Assembly: GCA_965644495.1 (NCBI GenBank)
Contig: CBFFSA010000014.1
Location: 186,001 to 250,000, forward strand
Direction: 5' to 3'
Source of the DNA: Perkinsela sp. CCAP 1560/9
Taxonomy: Eukaryota > Protista > Euglenozoa: Kinetoplastea
Length of the DNA stretch: 64,000 nt
This document shows, piece by piece, positions 34,618 through 45,768 of this stretch (the first letter of the stretch is position 1; the number at the start of each line of letters is the position of its first letter). The translations under genes and the position numbers were made by a program. The notes under the pieces were generated by a model. That model did no database searches, was not told where the DNA came from, and saw only the letters and a program-made list of their open reading frames with translations.

Positions 34618-36864
34618 TATGTCAGGGCCTCGACCGTTGTCGAACCTGGGTTCGCAAAGATCTGGGGAGAAACCATAGTTGATTAGGAGGTTTCGGAAGG
34701 TTTCCTTAACTACTTTATGTCGAGAGGCTTGGGTCTTGCCCCTGACCTTCTTGCAGTCCAGCGCTTGGACGCAAAAATCCTCGTTCCTGAGGGTGGCGCC
34801 GCACACGCAGTGTAGTTCAGGTTCGGAGGTCGGGGAGACCAAGTACCGAAGGCGGGCCGCTGTTTCCCACTCGGGGTCCCGCATGTAGTACTCCGGCCTG
34901 TTCGGCCACGCATTCATCCATTCGGTAGAGTGGATGTTTTGAATCTGTCTCATACAGACCAAATGCGTGGCCGAGGGGGCCTTCTGGATGGCCGCCTCAC
35001 AGAAGCTGCGTCTCAGCTCCTTGGCTGGCGTACCCTGAGTGAGTCCTTGGAGGGCGTTTTTGGCTTTGCCCTGCATGTCCCCACCTTTGTGCTCGAAAGG
35101 AATGGTTCCTAGGAAGTCCGCCGTAAAAAGGGGATTTGAGAACGGCGACTTTCCAGGGGGGGCCATCCCTCCGAGTAAGGCTTCAGAGAACGCCTTGATG
35201 GCACAATCAATTTGTTTATTGGCCATCTTGGTGACCGGGGGTTCGTGCGTCCGCACAATATAATTCCAGTGCGGGCTGCCGCATAGCCGCAGGAGGGGTA
35301 GGGCGCATTGCCTGGGGAGGTCCTTCAGTTTCCCCAGGAAGGAGGCCACCTTGGGTGCCTTGGAGAGCACCCATTCCTCCTCAACCGACTCCGAAGCTCC
35401 AATGTAAGCTCCAAGGAGCTTAACCCCGCCCGGAGAGTGCACCATTCTGGTACCTTTGAAAGCCGAGTATAGGTCATCCCGGCGGGTGGCGACCTTACTC
35501 TTGGCAGTGTTTAGCTTCAACCCAAGGAATTTGATTTCTCCTTGGAGGGCATCGAGGGCCTCCCCGCACACCATGGGCTCCCCAGCGAGGGTGACGTCAT
35601 CGAGGTAAGCCCATAATTTCAAGGAGCTGGGGAATTTGGCCGCCACTCGAGAGATGGCCCCCTGTACCCCGATCGCGAACAGGATAGGGGCGAGCGGGTC
35701 TCCCTGTTTGACCCCCCTGGTGCTCATGAGGACATTGCCCTCGCCCAGGTGAAGAGCGCTGGGTTTCCCGTATCCGAGGAGGGTAATGCCCTCGAGGGGG
35801 AGAAGCTTGGGGTTCCCCCGTATGGCCCTGAAAATAGCTGACCTCGAGATGCTGTTAAAGGCATTCTCGAGGTCCGCCGCGACAATAACCTCGTCGGGCC
35901 TGTCTCGGAAGTGATCGCGTACCTCGTACACGATGTGTTCACACCCTTGGGTGTATTGGGCCCCGAATTGGAGCCCTTGGAAGACGTTTGGGAGGTGTTC
36001 GCGCACCCTTTCAAGGGCGAGGAGTCCCGCCAGTTTCAGGAACACTTCGCCCATGGTAATTGGGCGACAGGTCGAGTGATGCCCCGCGGGGGCACCCGGT
36101 TTGGAAAACAGTTTAAGGGTGGCCCCCGTTATTATCTCCATCATGGAGTTAGGGAGGGTGTTCGTAATGATACCGTGGACAATCCACCTCACACATTCCC
36201 GGGGATCATCCTCCATAAGGGCCGGGGCCAGTAGCTCCTTGGTCCACCCGGACGGTCCCGGGGCACAAAGCAGAGCCAAGCCTCGGACCTTCCGGGCCAC
36301 ATCCGCCGGGGACGGGAGCGCCCCGTGGACGTCTTGGTCGTAGCGATACAGGCCGGAGGTATATGGGCCCCCGGTCGGATGGAGGCGTCTTGCGTAGTAT
36401 GAGGCCGCATAAGGGTTAGCGGGGGGATCCAAAGGGGCTTCGAGGATTTTCGCTGCTCTGGAGAAAGAGCCCACTCTAACCAGTTCCTCAGCGCGCTTGA
36501 GCGCCGAGGTGGGTGAACCGTTAGCTTGTATAGGCATGGGGGACATGCTCTCTGACCCCTCGAGGAACGCGCGCTGGCGTAGTTCCCTGGCCATTTGCTT
36601 CTGAGAGAGCTTCTCCTCCGGGAAGAACAGGAAGCGTTTTACCGAGAGAATGAGGTTCCAAGCGGTCACAATCTTCTGGTCAGGGGATTTAGATGGGAAC
36701 CTACGGCAAACATGTGCTAAGTGTTCTCTCCACGCAGGGGTCTGGACTGCATAAAGTTTGCGCAAAGAGCCCCTTCCCAACAGTTCCGCCAGGTTTTCGG
36801 GGGACGGGGCGTGGTCGGTTCCTTCTGTATACGCGCTCTGTGTGCATGGGGGCGTAACGGACAC
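34618..36864 (-). CDS. Reverse transcriptase-endonuclease ORF, interrupted at the PD motif
   Basis: Motifs APGPSGW, RPITMGE, DLENAFN, GVKQGDPL, YLDD, CVCG...C, RH and PD. Confidence 0.95.
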
Positions 36865-37067
36865 AGGTTCGGACGGGATTCCGGCCGTGTGTGCGGGCTC
36901 CGGCCGTAATGGCCGCCGCCGCGATCTCTAGTATCGTCCCGCTGACGAGCGGGGTGGGCTCCCCCATAAGGACCGGCGCGAGGCTGCCATCCTCGGAGTG
37001 TGGCTCACCGGCGTGCTGGTTGCCCTCCCCCTGACGAGGGAAGTTGGGTTCAGAACCTTTCGGGAGG

Positions 37068-37667
37068 TTACCGGCCTTTGCGGGAATGCCGCGGGGTTGC
37101 GGGGGGGGCCCTAGCCTTAGGAGGGGATGTTACGTAAGGGCCTGAAGGGAGGCTGCGCGCGACAGACCGAGTATTGCGAGTCTTGCGGTGAGGTCCCGGG
37201 TTAGCCTCGATGCAGCCCCGTCTCAGGTTGCATCGCACCAGTTCCGCCGACCACCCCGAGTCGGCGATTAAACCCTCAGAAGGGAGGAAACACCAGTATA
37301 CGGACCCGTCTTCCGCCTCGAAAGGGGTCCATGCACATGCGAAGTCGTGAGTTAGTGCCAACGTGTAGCAAAGGAAGAAGGGAATATTTTCTGCGGGGAG
37401 GGGCGCTTTCGTGTTGATACATGAGCCGTGTGTTGTTCCGTCGAACACCCTGACATGGTGTCCGTGTGGCGAATCGTTGAAAGGTACGAGCAGGGTGGCC
37501 CAAATGTTGGGCGAGGCGCCCACGTCCTCGTCTGTCTCCAGGTAGGGGTCTCTCTGGTCGGTGGTGAGACATACGCGGTCCGACGGGACCCCTAGAGTGA
37601 GGCCAACTGTGTGAGCTAAGCCTTGGAGTGGGCATCCGGGTGGGACCGGAACCATGGTGTGCCCCAT
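37068..37667 (-). CDS. Retroelement inter-ORF segment with a 2A-like GCIEANPGP motif
   Basis: GWSAELVRCNLRRGCIEANPGP; the motif lies at 37191-37217. Confidence 0.6.
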   Translation of the reverse strand: MGHTMVPVPPGCPLQGLAHTVGLTLGVPSDRVCLTTDQRDPYLETDEDVGASPNIWATLLVPFNDSPHGHHVRVFDGTTHGSCINTKAPLPAENIPFFLCYTLALTHDFACAWTPFEAEDGSVYWCFLPSEGLIADSGWSAELVRCNLRRGCIEANPGPHRKTRNTRSVARSLPSGPYVTSPPKARAPPATPRHSRKGR

Positions 37668-37678
37668 AGCGTGGGGCC

Positions 37679-38956
37679 CTAGATGCAGGTTAACCTTGGT
37701 CCAGACCTCCTCATGGAGTTCCGGAGGGGGGGCGTCCCCGGTGGGCCGTGCGCTCCCCCCGACTGGCGGCGAAATCGAGGGGCGTCAGCCATAGGGGGCG
37801 GCGGAGAGTCTACTTCAATGTGCCCACTCGACGGGGTTGTCGGGGCCCTGTTTAATAAGGCGATGCGCTGCAGTTCCCCGAGCCACACGTTGTGAAGTTC
37901 GGAGGTTGAGGCCCACTGGAGGTCTGAGATATCTGAAGCCCCCCACCGGTGTTCCTTGAGAAGGTGGGCTGCGGTCGCGCGGACAGCGGCCTGTTCGTGG
38001 ACGAGCTTATGGTCCGCCAACTTCCGCTGATCGAGGAAGACCCGCCCACAAGTATGGCAAAGATGTGCTCGATCCTCGACCAGTTTGCGTTCCCTATGCT
38101 CCTGCCCCGCGTCCTGGCAGAGTAGGGCGAGCCACTCTGAGATGATGTCGTCCCGCGCCCTCGCGAAGTCGGCCTCCAGAGCTCGGGCAGCGCTCGCTAG
38201 ACGATGCTCTTCGACTTCGTGTCCGAGGTCCGAGGACGCTCCATCCTTGCGTCCCCTATTGAAGAGAGCCCTCATAATTTCGGCATTCTTAGATGCTATG
38301 ATCGCAAGTTGGTCCTGGAGCGGGGGTGCTTTGCCAGTTACGGTGCCGGAGGGGGGTTCTGTACCTTGGGTTGATAGGTGCGGAGGGATGGGTGAGAGCA
38401 ATCTGGCCTTGTCCGCGTAGGAGTGGATCAAATGGGTGGGCGTCGGCCGAGGGGCGGAGACCCGGGAGGAGGAGCGGGTGCGGGGGCCCTCGGCTTGGAG
38501 GCTCGGCTTGCGGGGAGCCGACCGGCCCCTGGAGGTGGCGCGCGTAGGGGTAGAGAGACGTGAACGAGAGCGTGTTCTACGGCCTGGGGATGTGTCCCGT
38601 CCCGGGGAGATTCTGGCGGGTGATGAGTGGCTACCAGCGCTCTGGCGTTCGGCTCGGAGTTCGATGCATTCCAGGCATAGAAGGTGAAAAGGTCGCCTCG
38701 GGGAGAAGGTCTGCGCGCAGAAACCACACGGCCGGTTGTCGAGGGAGGGGGAGGCCCCCGTGTGAGGACGGGGGGAGGTCTGCTTGGGTCCACCGTGGGC
38801 GGGCCCGAGAGAAGAGGAGTGGTCCCGCGGAGATCGGGACAATCGTCGAGATGAATCAGCGCACGGCTGGCACATCCGATGGGAGGGGGAGAGTGGTTCA
38901 TACTTCGAACCACAAGTTGCGCAAAACAAGATTCCCTGGAGCGGGGGTTTTGCCAT
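37679..38956 (-). CDS. Retroelement ORF1 (zinc fingers, Ser/Arg-rich region)
   Basis: Two C4-type motifs (CATC...CQPC, CGFC...CLEC) and a C2H2 finger CHTCGRVFLDQRKLADHKLVH. Confidence 0.8.
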   Translation of the reverse strand: MAKPPLQGILFCATCGSKYEPLSPSHRMCQPCADSSRRLSRSPRDHSSSLGPAHGGPKQTSPRPHTGASPSLDNRPCGFCAQTFSPRRPFHLLCLECIELRAERQSAGSHSSPARISPGRDTSPGRRTRSRSRLSTPTRATSRGRSAPRKPSLQAEGPRTRSSSRVSAPRPTPTHLIHSYADKARLLSPIPPHLSTQGTEPPSGTVTGKAPPLQDQLAIIASKNAEIMRALFNRGRKDGASSDLGHEVEEHRLASAARALEADFARARDDIISEWLALLCQDAGQEHRERKLVEDRAHLCHTCGRVFLDQRKLADHKLVHEQAAVRATAAHLLKEHRWGASDISDLQWASTSELHNVWLGELQRIALLNRAPTTPSSGHIEVDSPPPPMADAPRFRRQSGGAHGPPGTPPLRNSMRRSGPRLTCI

Positions 38957-38989
38957 GGGGGTAAAGTAACGAAGAAAGAGGAAGTAAAT

Positions 38990-39025
38990 CAACAGGGTAC
39001 AGAAACTGTATCTTTATCGTTAAAT
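38990..39025 (-). ncRNA. SL exon-like sequence (36 nt) fused to the retroelement 5' end
   Basis: ATTTAACGATAAAGATACAGTTTCTGTACCCTGTTG matches the kinetoplastid pattern AACTAACGCTA...CAGTTTCTGTAC...TTG. Confidence 0.85.
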
Positions 39026-40011
39026 CATTATTATTATATCCTTATTGCGGTGGTTGTAAAACTACCGCTCTACCCTCGATTATCGAAAAAAAAGTGAACA
39101 AAAACAGTGAAAATATAAAGGGGAACACAGTAATATTATAGAAGAAAAAAATATAAAAGGGGGCCCCGGTGGTCCAAAATAGAAAAAAAAATTGAAAAAA
39201 ATGGGGGGTCTAGGAGGGGGGGCATACGTCGTTTTTTGAAATTTTCAAAATCTTGATTTTCGAAATCAAGCGCAGGGAAGTGGTAGAGTAGGCCGCGGCG
39301 ATAATCCCCCCCCCCTGGTACGCGCAGGAGGGGTCCAGCAAGGTCAAAATTTCCGAAATTTTTGGGGTCATCAAAAAAAAAATTTGACCCCAAAAAAATA
39401 TTGTTTTTCCAAAATCGACTCCCAAAACGTATTTTAAGAGTTTGGGATCTCAGCTACCATTTTACGACGTTTTTTTCGACAGATTCGCCTCCTACCCCTA
39501 CTGGTAAGGTTTCAAAAGCAGCCGAAATTCGGGTTAAAATATCGAATTTTTAGCCTGAAAATCATGCTTTTTTGTCGAAAATTATGTAGTTTTCTTGAAT
39601 TTTTCTTTTTTTAGTCTGTTGGGGTGATAAATGTAAATGGGGTAAATCAATAAAAGGGGGCGTTGAATAAAATTGTGGTGATCAATAGAAAGGGGTGATC
39701 AATGAAATGAGGGACTGAAATCCCGGTTGGTCGACTAGGGCTATGGTGTCGTAACAGTTACATGGAAACCTCTACTCTTAGTTAAGCGCGGAGGTAGTTT
39801 TCAATATAGTATTTGTAAAGTTCGGAACCTCAGCTACCTTTTTGCGACTTCGATTCCTACAATACGATTTCAGTAATCATGTTAATACGTATTTTCTTTT
39901 TTAGGCTTTTCGTTAAACGCGGTGGTTGTTTTCAACTTAGAAGTCACTCATGCTGCGCGCTTCGCGTTGAAAACTACTACCGCGTTTAACGAAGAGCCTA
40001 ATAATTTCAGG

Positions 40012-40500
40012 CTGTAAAACATCTCTTGATCAGGGGCGTTATACCCTCAGACACGACACCGCGCTAACTGAACTCGCCAAACACATCCAAGAATCCCCGC
40101 ATACAAAATATCAGCATTTTGACCTACTAGGTCACCGAAATCCACCACATTGGCTACACAACAATCCGAATCATCAACGTCCAGACGGATTCGTTGCACT
40201 GACTGACGGTACAGAATACATCGTTGAGCTCACTGTCCCCTGGTAAGAGAACTCAAGTACAACGCTCTATTACACGAACGACGAATAGTGCACCCGAACA
40301 CGTACCTCCTCGTATTCGAAATTGGAGCACGAGGTGGTCTGATATCCTCAGCGGATATTAATCGGTTGTTTGGAGGGGGCAAGGATTTGGGGGCTAAATG
40401 TCGGGCGACGCTCTCCCGAGCTGTTATCCGTTCCAGCTTCATATTATGGCACAAGCGTGATTCCCCGCAATGGAGCGATGCAGGGACACTGTCCGCATAA
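40012..40500 (+). mobile_element. Restriction-like endonuclease fragment of a different non-LTR clade (HERO/R4-like)
   Basis: GRYTLRHD...QRPD...IVELTVPW*...FEIGARG...SFILWHKR, with an internal stop. Confidence 0.75.
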
Positions 40501-40639
40501 GGGATGCAACTAACAGCGTCATATGCGCAAGTTAGTTACATCCTAAAAATCCTCTATCTTAAAAGGTATGATATCATCATATCGTACCTTAGATTGTACC
40601 TTGTTGCCTTTTTCTTTATACCTTGTTGATCTACCCCAT

Positions 40640-40960
40640 GTACCCCTTCACCCCCCTTCGCCGCGCCTTTCGCCGTCTCCCCGCCGTGCTTCCCACATCC
40701 CTCCATGCCGTTCTCCCTGCCTTGCTCCCCGGCATGCTCGCTCCCGTGCTCCCCGCGCCTTTCGCCGTCTCCCCGCCGTGCTCCTCGCCGCCCTCCTCGC
40801 CGTGCTCCCCGCCGTGCTTCCCTCGCCTTTCACCATCTCTCCGCCGCGCTCCCCGCCGCCCTCCTCGCCGTACTCCCCACCGTGCTCCCCGCTGCGCTCC
40901 CTGCCGCCCTCCCCGCTGTCCAACCGCCCAACTCCCCGCCTCTCTCCGCCGCGCTCATGA
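40640..40960. repeat. Degenerate C-rich ~12-bp minisatellite (ccgccgtgctcc)
   Basis: Visible periodicity; only low-complexity ORFs in all frames. Confidence 0.8.
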
Positions 40961-42475
40961 TGTGGAGCTACCCGGCGTCAACACAACAAGACGTCAAGAA
41001 ACTAGGGTAGCATCAATACAAAAAATTTAAGGCAGGGTCGTGGATTAACTTGTTAAGCCACGCTGAGGAGTAGCGAATCCCTCCTACCCTGGAGCTGTAA
41101 TTATTGGCTTCCTTTTATAGGAGGATAAGTCGCGTGTGTGCCTTCTATGGTTGAGATTACTCCTGTGTTAGCACAGATGCTTCGAGCTTCAGCATCCGCA
41201 CAGCGGACCTAGGCTGGAACTAGGGGGGCATATCTCCTCGGAGACAAACGGCTCTGTGATACATCCATCCATACCTTAGATTACCCAATCTCGTTTAGCA
41301 GTGCCACATTCATCCTTTGTTATATTTTCTCCTGAATGCCGAAAGTACAGGTGAACTGGTCGTGCGAACTGTGTGATGATTTTTCATGCGTTAGCAATAT
41401 GTTATTTACTTCGATAGCCGAGTCCACTGAACAAGAGCTCCGGTTATGGCTTAAAAACCACAAACCAGTGGTACAGCAGGCATGGTGTGCCAAGGAAAAG
41501 TATCATGAGGAGCCTGTGGCCTGTGACCGCACTGAAACTTGTTGGTTGTGCCCGATGGAGGGCAACGGTTCCTGTCGAGGCCATGACTACTCGACTTCAT
41601 GACTACGGCCGAAAATTTGGCTGATGGATGGAGTAGAAATGCTTTTGGAACTTGGCGATTGGGCGTGGAACGAGCGAATGGGTGGACGCGGGCTACCCAC
41701 TCGCCCATAAGATTAAGCCCATAAGCCACGTAGGCAAGCAAGTACAGTAAACGTCATTATTCTGAGAGTTGCTAAAAATGAGAATTGGGCTATCAACGTA
41801 CAACTGACTAAAATGAGAATGTACCTTGGAAAATGAGAATGGAGCTTCGGTCATGTGTCACCGTTCAATTCAATTTTACACTGAAGAATGAGAATTGAAA
41901 AAAAACTCTTTCGTTCTCTCACTGCTTAACTCACTGCTTCATCTTCACTCACTGGAGAGTATGTGAGAGATCGGTGGAAATGACTGCGGATACCGTATAC
42001 CCCCCCAGTAATGGACCCCAGGAAACTGTCACACCCGCTGGGCTTGGGCGTCTCTTGGATAGCAGCAACTTCGTGCATCACTAATCATTGTTCTTCCGTG
42101 TGATAGCTGTGTGGTAGAATTTCTGGGAGTTAGACCTCCACCTAGTACCGTAATCTCAGTAAGAGAGAATTGGTCCTTTTTGGGCTGACCCCTGTAAGCG
42201 AGATTTGGTTCGAGGGGCTGAGCCATCGGGGTGGCTGGATGGGGGAGGGTGGCTGGGCGGGGTGACGGTAGTTGGACGGGCGGTGATGTCTTTTTTAGAC
42301 GCTTAAAATGTATCTATGAACCTGCAAATGTCATAAAAACGTTTAAGAGGAAATTTGAGTCATTTTTGAAAAAAATCTATTTTTTGTCAAATATTTGTCC
42401 CTACCGTCCAACGGACGCTTGGCCGAAAAGGTAGGGGAGGGGGTGACTTTTCGCTGTGGGGCGATTATTAAGATA

Positions 42476-43422
42476 CTGTCACCCCCCCTTTATACTTCCG
42501 CCGGTTTCGGTACTTTTGGAAGTATAAAGGGGGGGGTCTGATTTTTTGAAAAATCCGCGAAACAAATACTTTTGAAATCCTATTATTTATTTTTGAAATC
42601 CTATTATTCTAGCTAAAAATCAATCATCTAATCTCCAAACATGCAGGGCATAATGTTTGCTTCCGTGTTCCTCTTGCACACAATCAACATACGCTGTATA
42701 TTACGCTGCAGTGAATACGTGTCGGGACGATCTACCATTAGAAGCTTCATGGGACAGTCTTTGAAACGAGGTACATTCGCCTTTGCTGCAGCAGGCGCAT
42801 GTCCGCGCTGGCTGTCATCCCGTCCAGTTCGCTAAGGAGGAGTTCGTCAATTTTTTCGCATCTCGACATGTTTGTCCTTGTGCAAACCCCATCGCGCTTG
42901 CGACTACGATAGATTTACTTTTTTCTGGAAAAATCCGACACCATTTTTCCGGAGGGAGCGGATGGTTCGAGATCAGACGCCGTACTTCTCGCTGATTTGT
43001 GGAGCACTGCTACTCGAATGACACACATTCAACTTCTCCTACATTTTTGGGTTCTTTCCTCCCTGGGGTGAACCGACGGACACTGGTAATGTCGCAGGCT
43101 CCGCGCTTGAAACCATTATTTCGTTGGGAGGCCGAACGCGATGAAGAGGGGGATAAAGCTTAACCCACTGTGAGTATTGACATGGGAAAAAATGCGGCAA
43201 ATAATTTAAATGTATATCTAGCAATATCTCTACACACATCTCTAACGTTTAATAAAAAAAATGTAGAAAATTGTTAAAAAAAAATTTTTTTAACCCATTT
43301 TTAACCCCATTTTTTTGGGACCGGAAGTATAAAGGGGGGGTGCTGATTTTTCATCTGGATGAAAACGGAAGTATAAAGGGGGGGGGGGTTGACCCCCCTG
43401 AAGGATAAAGGGGGGGTGACAG
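42476..43422. mobile_element. MITE with ctgtcaccccccctttat TIRs, TA-flanked
   Basis: Perfect 18-bp TIRs; internal gaagtataaagggggg motifs as in 21874-22231. Confidence 0.85.
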
Positions 43423-43517
43423 TAATAAATAATGAAAATCGTTTCTAATACTGTACCCCTAATTCTCCACAAATTAATTACCAGTGCGCAAGGTCGCGTT
43501 AAGATTTAGTGAATCAG

Positions 43518-45494
43518 TCAGGATGCTCCAAGATGGAGAGAGGAACGTTCACGACGCGCAAGCTTCTTTCCTGCTTCGGTTAATGTGAGATAGACGTTCG
43601 TTGTATATGACTTGGCTTCGCGTTCCGTATTTATAATGTCACCGAAATTTGCCGCAACGCGCAAGGCACCCCCATACGAATATAACGCCTTCACTGCCAA
43701 CCGAGGCAGGAGAGCGTACAATAATGTGGGACATATTCGTTTCTCTTTTGCCTGAAGCACACACTCAGCAATGGCGGCCTTAAGGTTGTGGGGATCCATA
43801 TAGGGATTTGGTTCAGAGGTTTGAGTGTGAGGCGCCCGTATAGGAGCCGTCGATGCTTCACATTCCGATGCGCTACGCAGTGCGACATGAAGGTCGTATC
43901 GGATCCCACGGTCGTGCGGCATATGGACTGTCTCTTCCTCTAGTCGAAATATGTCCGATCGCGCCTCAAGAAATTTATCCAAACTCGCGTGGCGCGTCGA
44001 TTTATGTCCCGCTCTTTTTCTCTGGTGCGGTATGCCGCACCGATATCCGGCTTTGAAACGGGCCCAATCCTCGCTGCTAAGTGCTTGTTGAATCTTAGAA
44101 ATCAATTGCGAAACTAAAATCAAATGAGAGATGGATAAATGGCCTTTTAGAATGGTGATCACTTCGTCCGAACTCATGGGTACCAATTCCTTCGAATCGA
44201 GAGTAGCTTGCTCTCTTTTCAGGATTTCAAATGAAGGTTTACTAATATAGCTGAACAGTTTATTTGTAAACTCTGTGTGTACTTCTGAATATAGAAGATA
44301 CACGAGTCTATTCTCCTCACTTTGGTCAAACTTATCCCTGACTACACCAAACCGCTTCACCACATCACTTGAAAATTTGGAAACAATGTTACAGGAACAG
44401 CAGTCAGAGGAGTCGAGCGCGGGTTCCTTGCCATGGTACGCGAAAAGCTTCGAATACCCAGACACCCACATACCCGAGGAGTGCCTTGAGCGAACTAGGA
44501 ACTCACGCACCGTCGGGAAGTTCTTCCGATGCGCCATTGACATCGTGCGTGGCCACACGACACTGAAAGCAAGCAGTGCCACCACCAGCAACGGGAGGCC
44601 GTACTCGAGCGCATACGTCACATCGGGCTGAGAAATCACCCGTTCCCAGGGCTGTTGCGGACACGCAGAGTCTCTCCCGAGTGCGTAGAGCACTTCCGCG
44701 GTAATCTCGCTGGCATCTGCCTCCGGAAGCTGTCGTATCCCACGCACCCACACCTTGGACTTTGGGTGGTTATCAAACTGCGTCACCATTGCCTCTCTTT
44801 TGGGGTCCAGCATCTCCGCAAATCGCCGGGCACCAAGCCTACCAATACCTACTTGCAAGTCTACCGGTACATGCCCGAGAACCTGATGCAGCGGGACATA
44901 GTAACTTGGAAGATACTTCGCGAACAGCGATTTATATAAACATGCCAATAGCATTTCTAAGATTTTACCATGGTGGTGCGGGGAGGCGTAGGCTGTCACC
45001 CACACCCGGCGTCCAACTAGAAAATGTTCGACGCGGTGAGGTTGGGGTTGGCCATCCGGGTTGCGGGCGAAATGGTAAGTCGCAAACATCTGGGATAGTA
45101 ATTCCGAGGACTCCAACACGGAGAGTAGTTTCCGGAGGGAGTAGTCCCCAAAATGCATAGAGATACAGGAGAGAGGGAACAGCCCTTGGGCGGGGACCAG
45201 TTTGTTAAATGCGGTCCCAAGCTCGGTTTCAGACACCGCGTCGGGTGCCTTCACCTCATATCCTTCTAAGAGGTGCTGCTGGGTAGGGTTTCGCCGGACG
45301 TAGCACTCGTGTTCTTTGAGAAATAAGTCTACGTCTTTCCAGACGAGTTGAATAACCTGGACGGGGCGATCACCAAGGATTCTTTCCAGCCCTAGGGTCA
45401 GGGAATTGCAGAGCTTGAAGGGTCCATGGGTATCACACCAATTTCGAATACGTTGTATAAGGTGTAGTCCAATCGCTCTTTTCGCACGCCCCAT
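43518..45494 (-). CDS. Winged-helix family paralogue 6 (most divergent)
   Basis: Motifs LVPAQG, LPSYYVPL, LAFSV, NFPTVREF, NPYMDP, YGGALRV in the family order. Confidence 0.75.
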   Translation of the reverse strand: MGRAKRAIGLHLIQRIRNWCDTHGPFKLCNSLTLGLERILGDRPVQVIQLVWKDVDLFLKEHECYVRRNPTQQHLLEGYEVKAPDAVSETELGTAFNKLVPAQGLFPLSCISMHFGDYSLRKLLSVLESSELLSQMFATYHFARNPDGQPQPHRVEHFLVGRRVWVTAYASPHHHGKILEMLLACLYKSLFAKYLPSYYVPLHQVLGHVPVDLQVGIGRLGARRFAEMLDPKREAMVTQFDNHPKSKVWVRGIRQLPEADASEITAEVLYALGRDSACPQQPWERVISQPDVTYALEYGLPLLVVALLAFSVVWPRTMSMAHRKNFPTVREFLVRSRHSSGMWVSGYSKLFAYHGKEPALDSSDCCSCNIVSKFSSDVVKRFGVVRDKFDQSEENRLVYLLYSEVHTEFTNKLFSYISKPSFEILKREQATLDSKELVPMSSDEVITILKGHLSISHLILVSQLISKIQQALSSEDWARFKAGYRCGIPHQRKRAGHKSTRHASLDKFLEARSDIFRLEEETVHMPHDRGIRYDLHVALRSASECEASTAPIRAPHTQTSEPNPYMDPHNLKAAIAECVLQAKEKRICPTLLYALLPRLAVKALYSYGGALRVAANFGDIINTEREAKSYTTNVYLTLTEAGKKLARRERSSLHLGAS

Positions 45495-45768
45495 TACGCT
45501 GGCCAAGACTTACGTAGGCTTCTGCCGGTCATGCACAAAACATGAATGAGTTACTCATCTTGCGGTTTCAGGGGGTATGACATACCAAAGTTTTCGTTGA
45601 TCTCATAAGAATAACAATTCGAAAAAAACTTTAGTTTCAGATAAAAAAGGCAATGTACGACAAGTCGACAAGTGAAAAAATTCTTCATTTCGATAAATAA
45701 TGAACGGCACTTAGACGCAGGTAGACGAACTCGACTGGTGACTTTCTGGAACTTTAAAAAATTCTTAT

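Larger units (their letters stand above)
32390..38989 (-). mobile_element. CRE/SLACS/CZAR-clade site-specific non-LTR retrotransposon (degenerate, interrupted)
   Basis: Zinc-finger ORF1, RT ORF, C-terminal Zn knuckle and restriction-like endonuclease. The 5' end abuts an SL exon. Confidence 0.9.

Noticed and set aside
31437-39600. LTRs flanking the RT element
   Set aside because: The RT and endonuclease are non-LTR type, and a third inverted copy of the repeat lies inside the Tc1 element.
40568-41030. Pro/Ala-rich proteins
   Set aside because: Translations of a C-rich minisatellite.
41336-41800. Cys-rich transposase fragment
   Set aside because: No catalytic motif could be identified.
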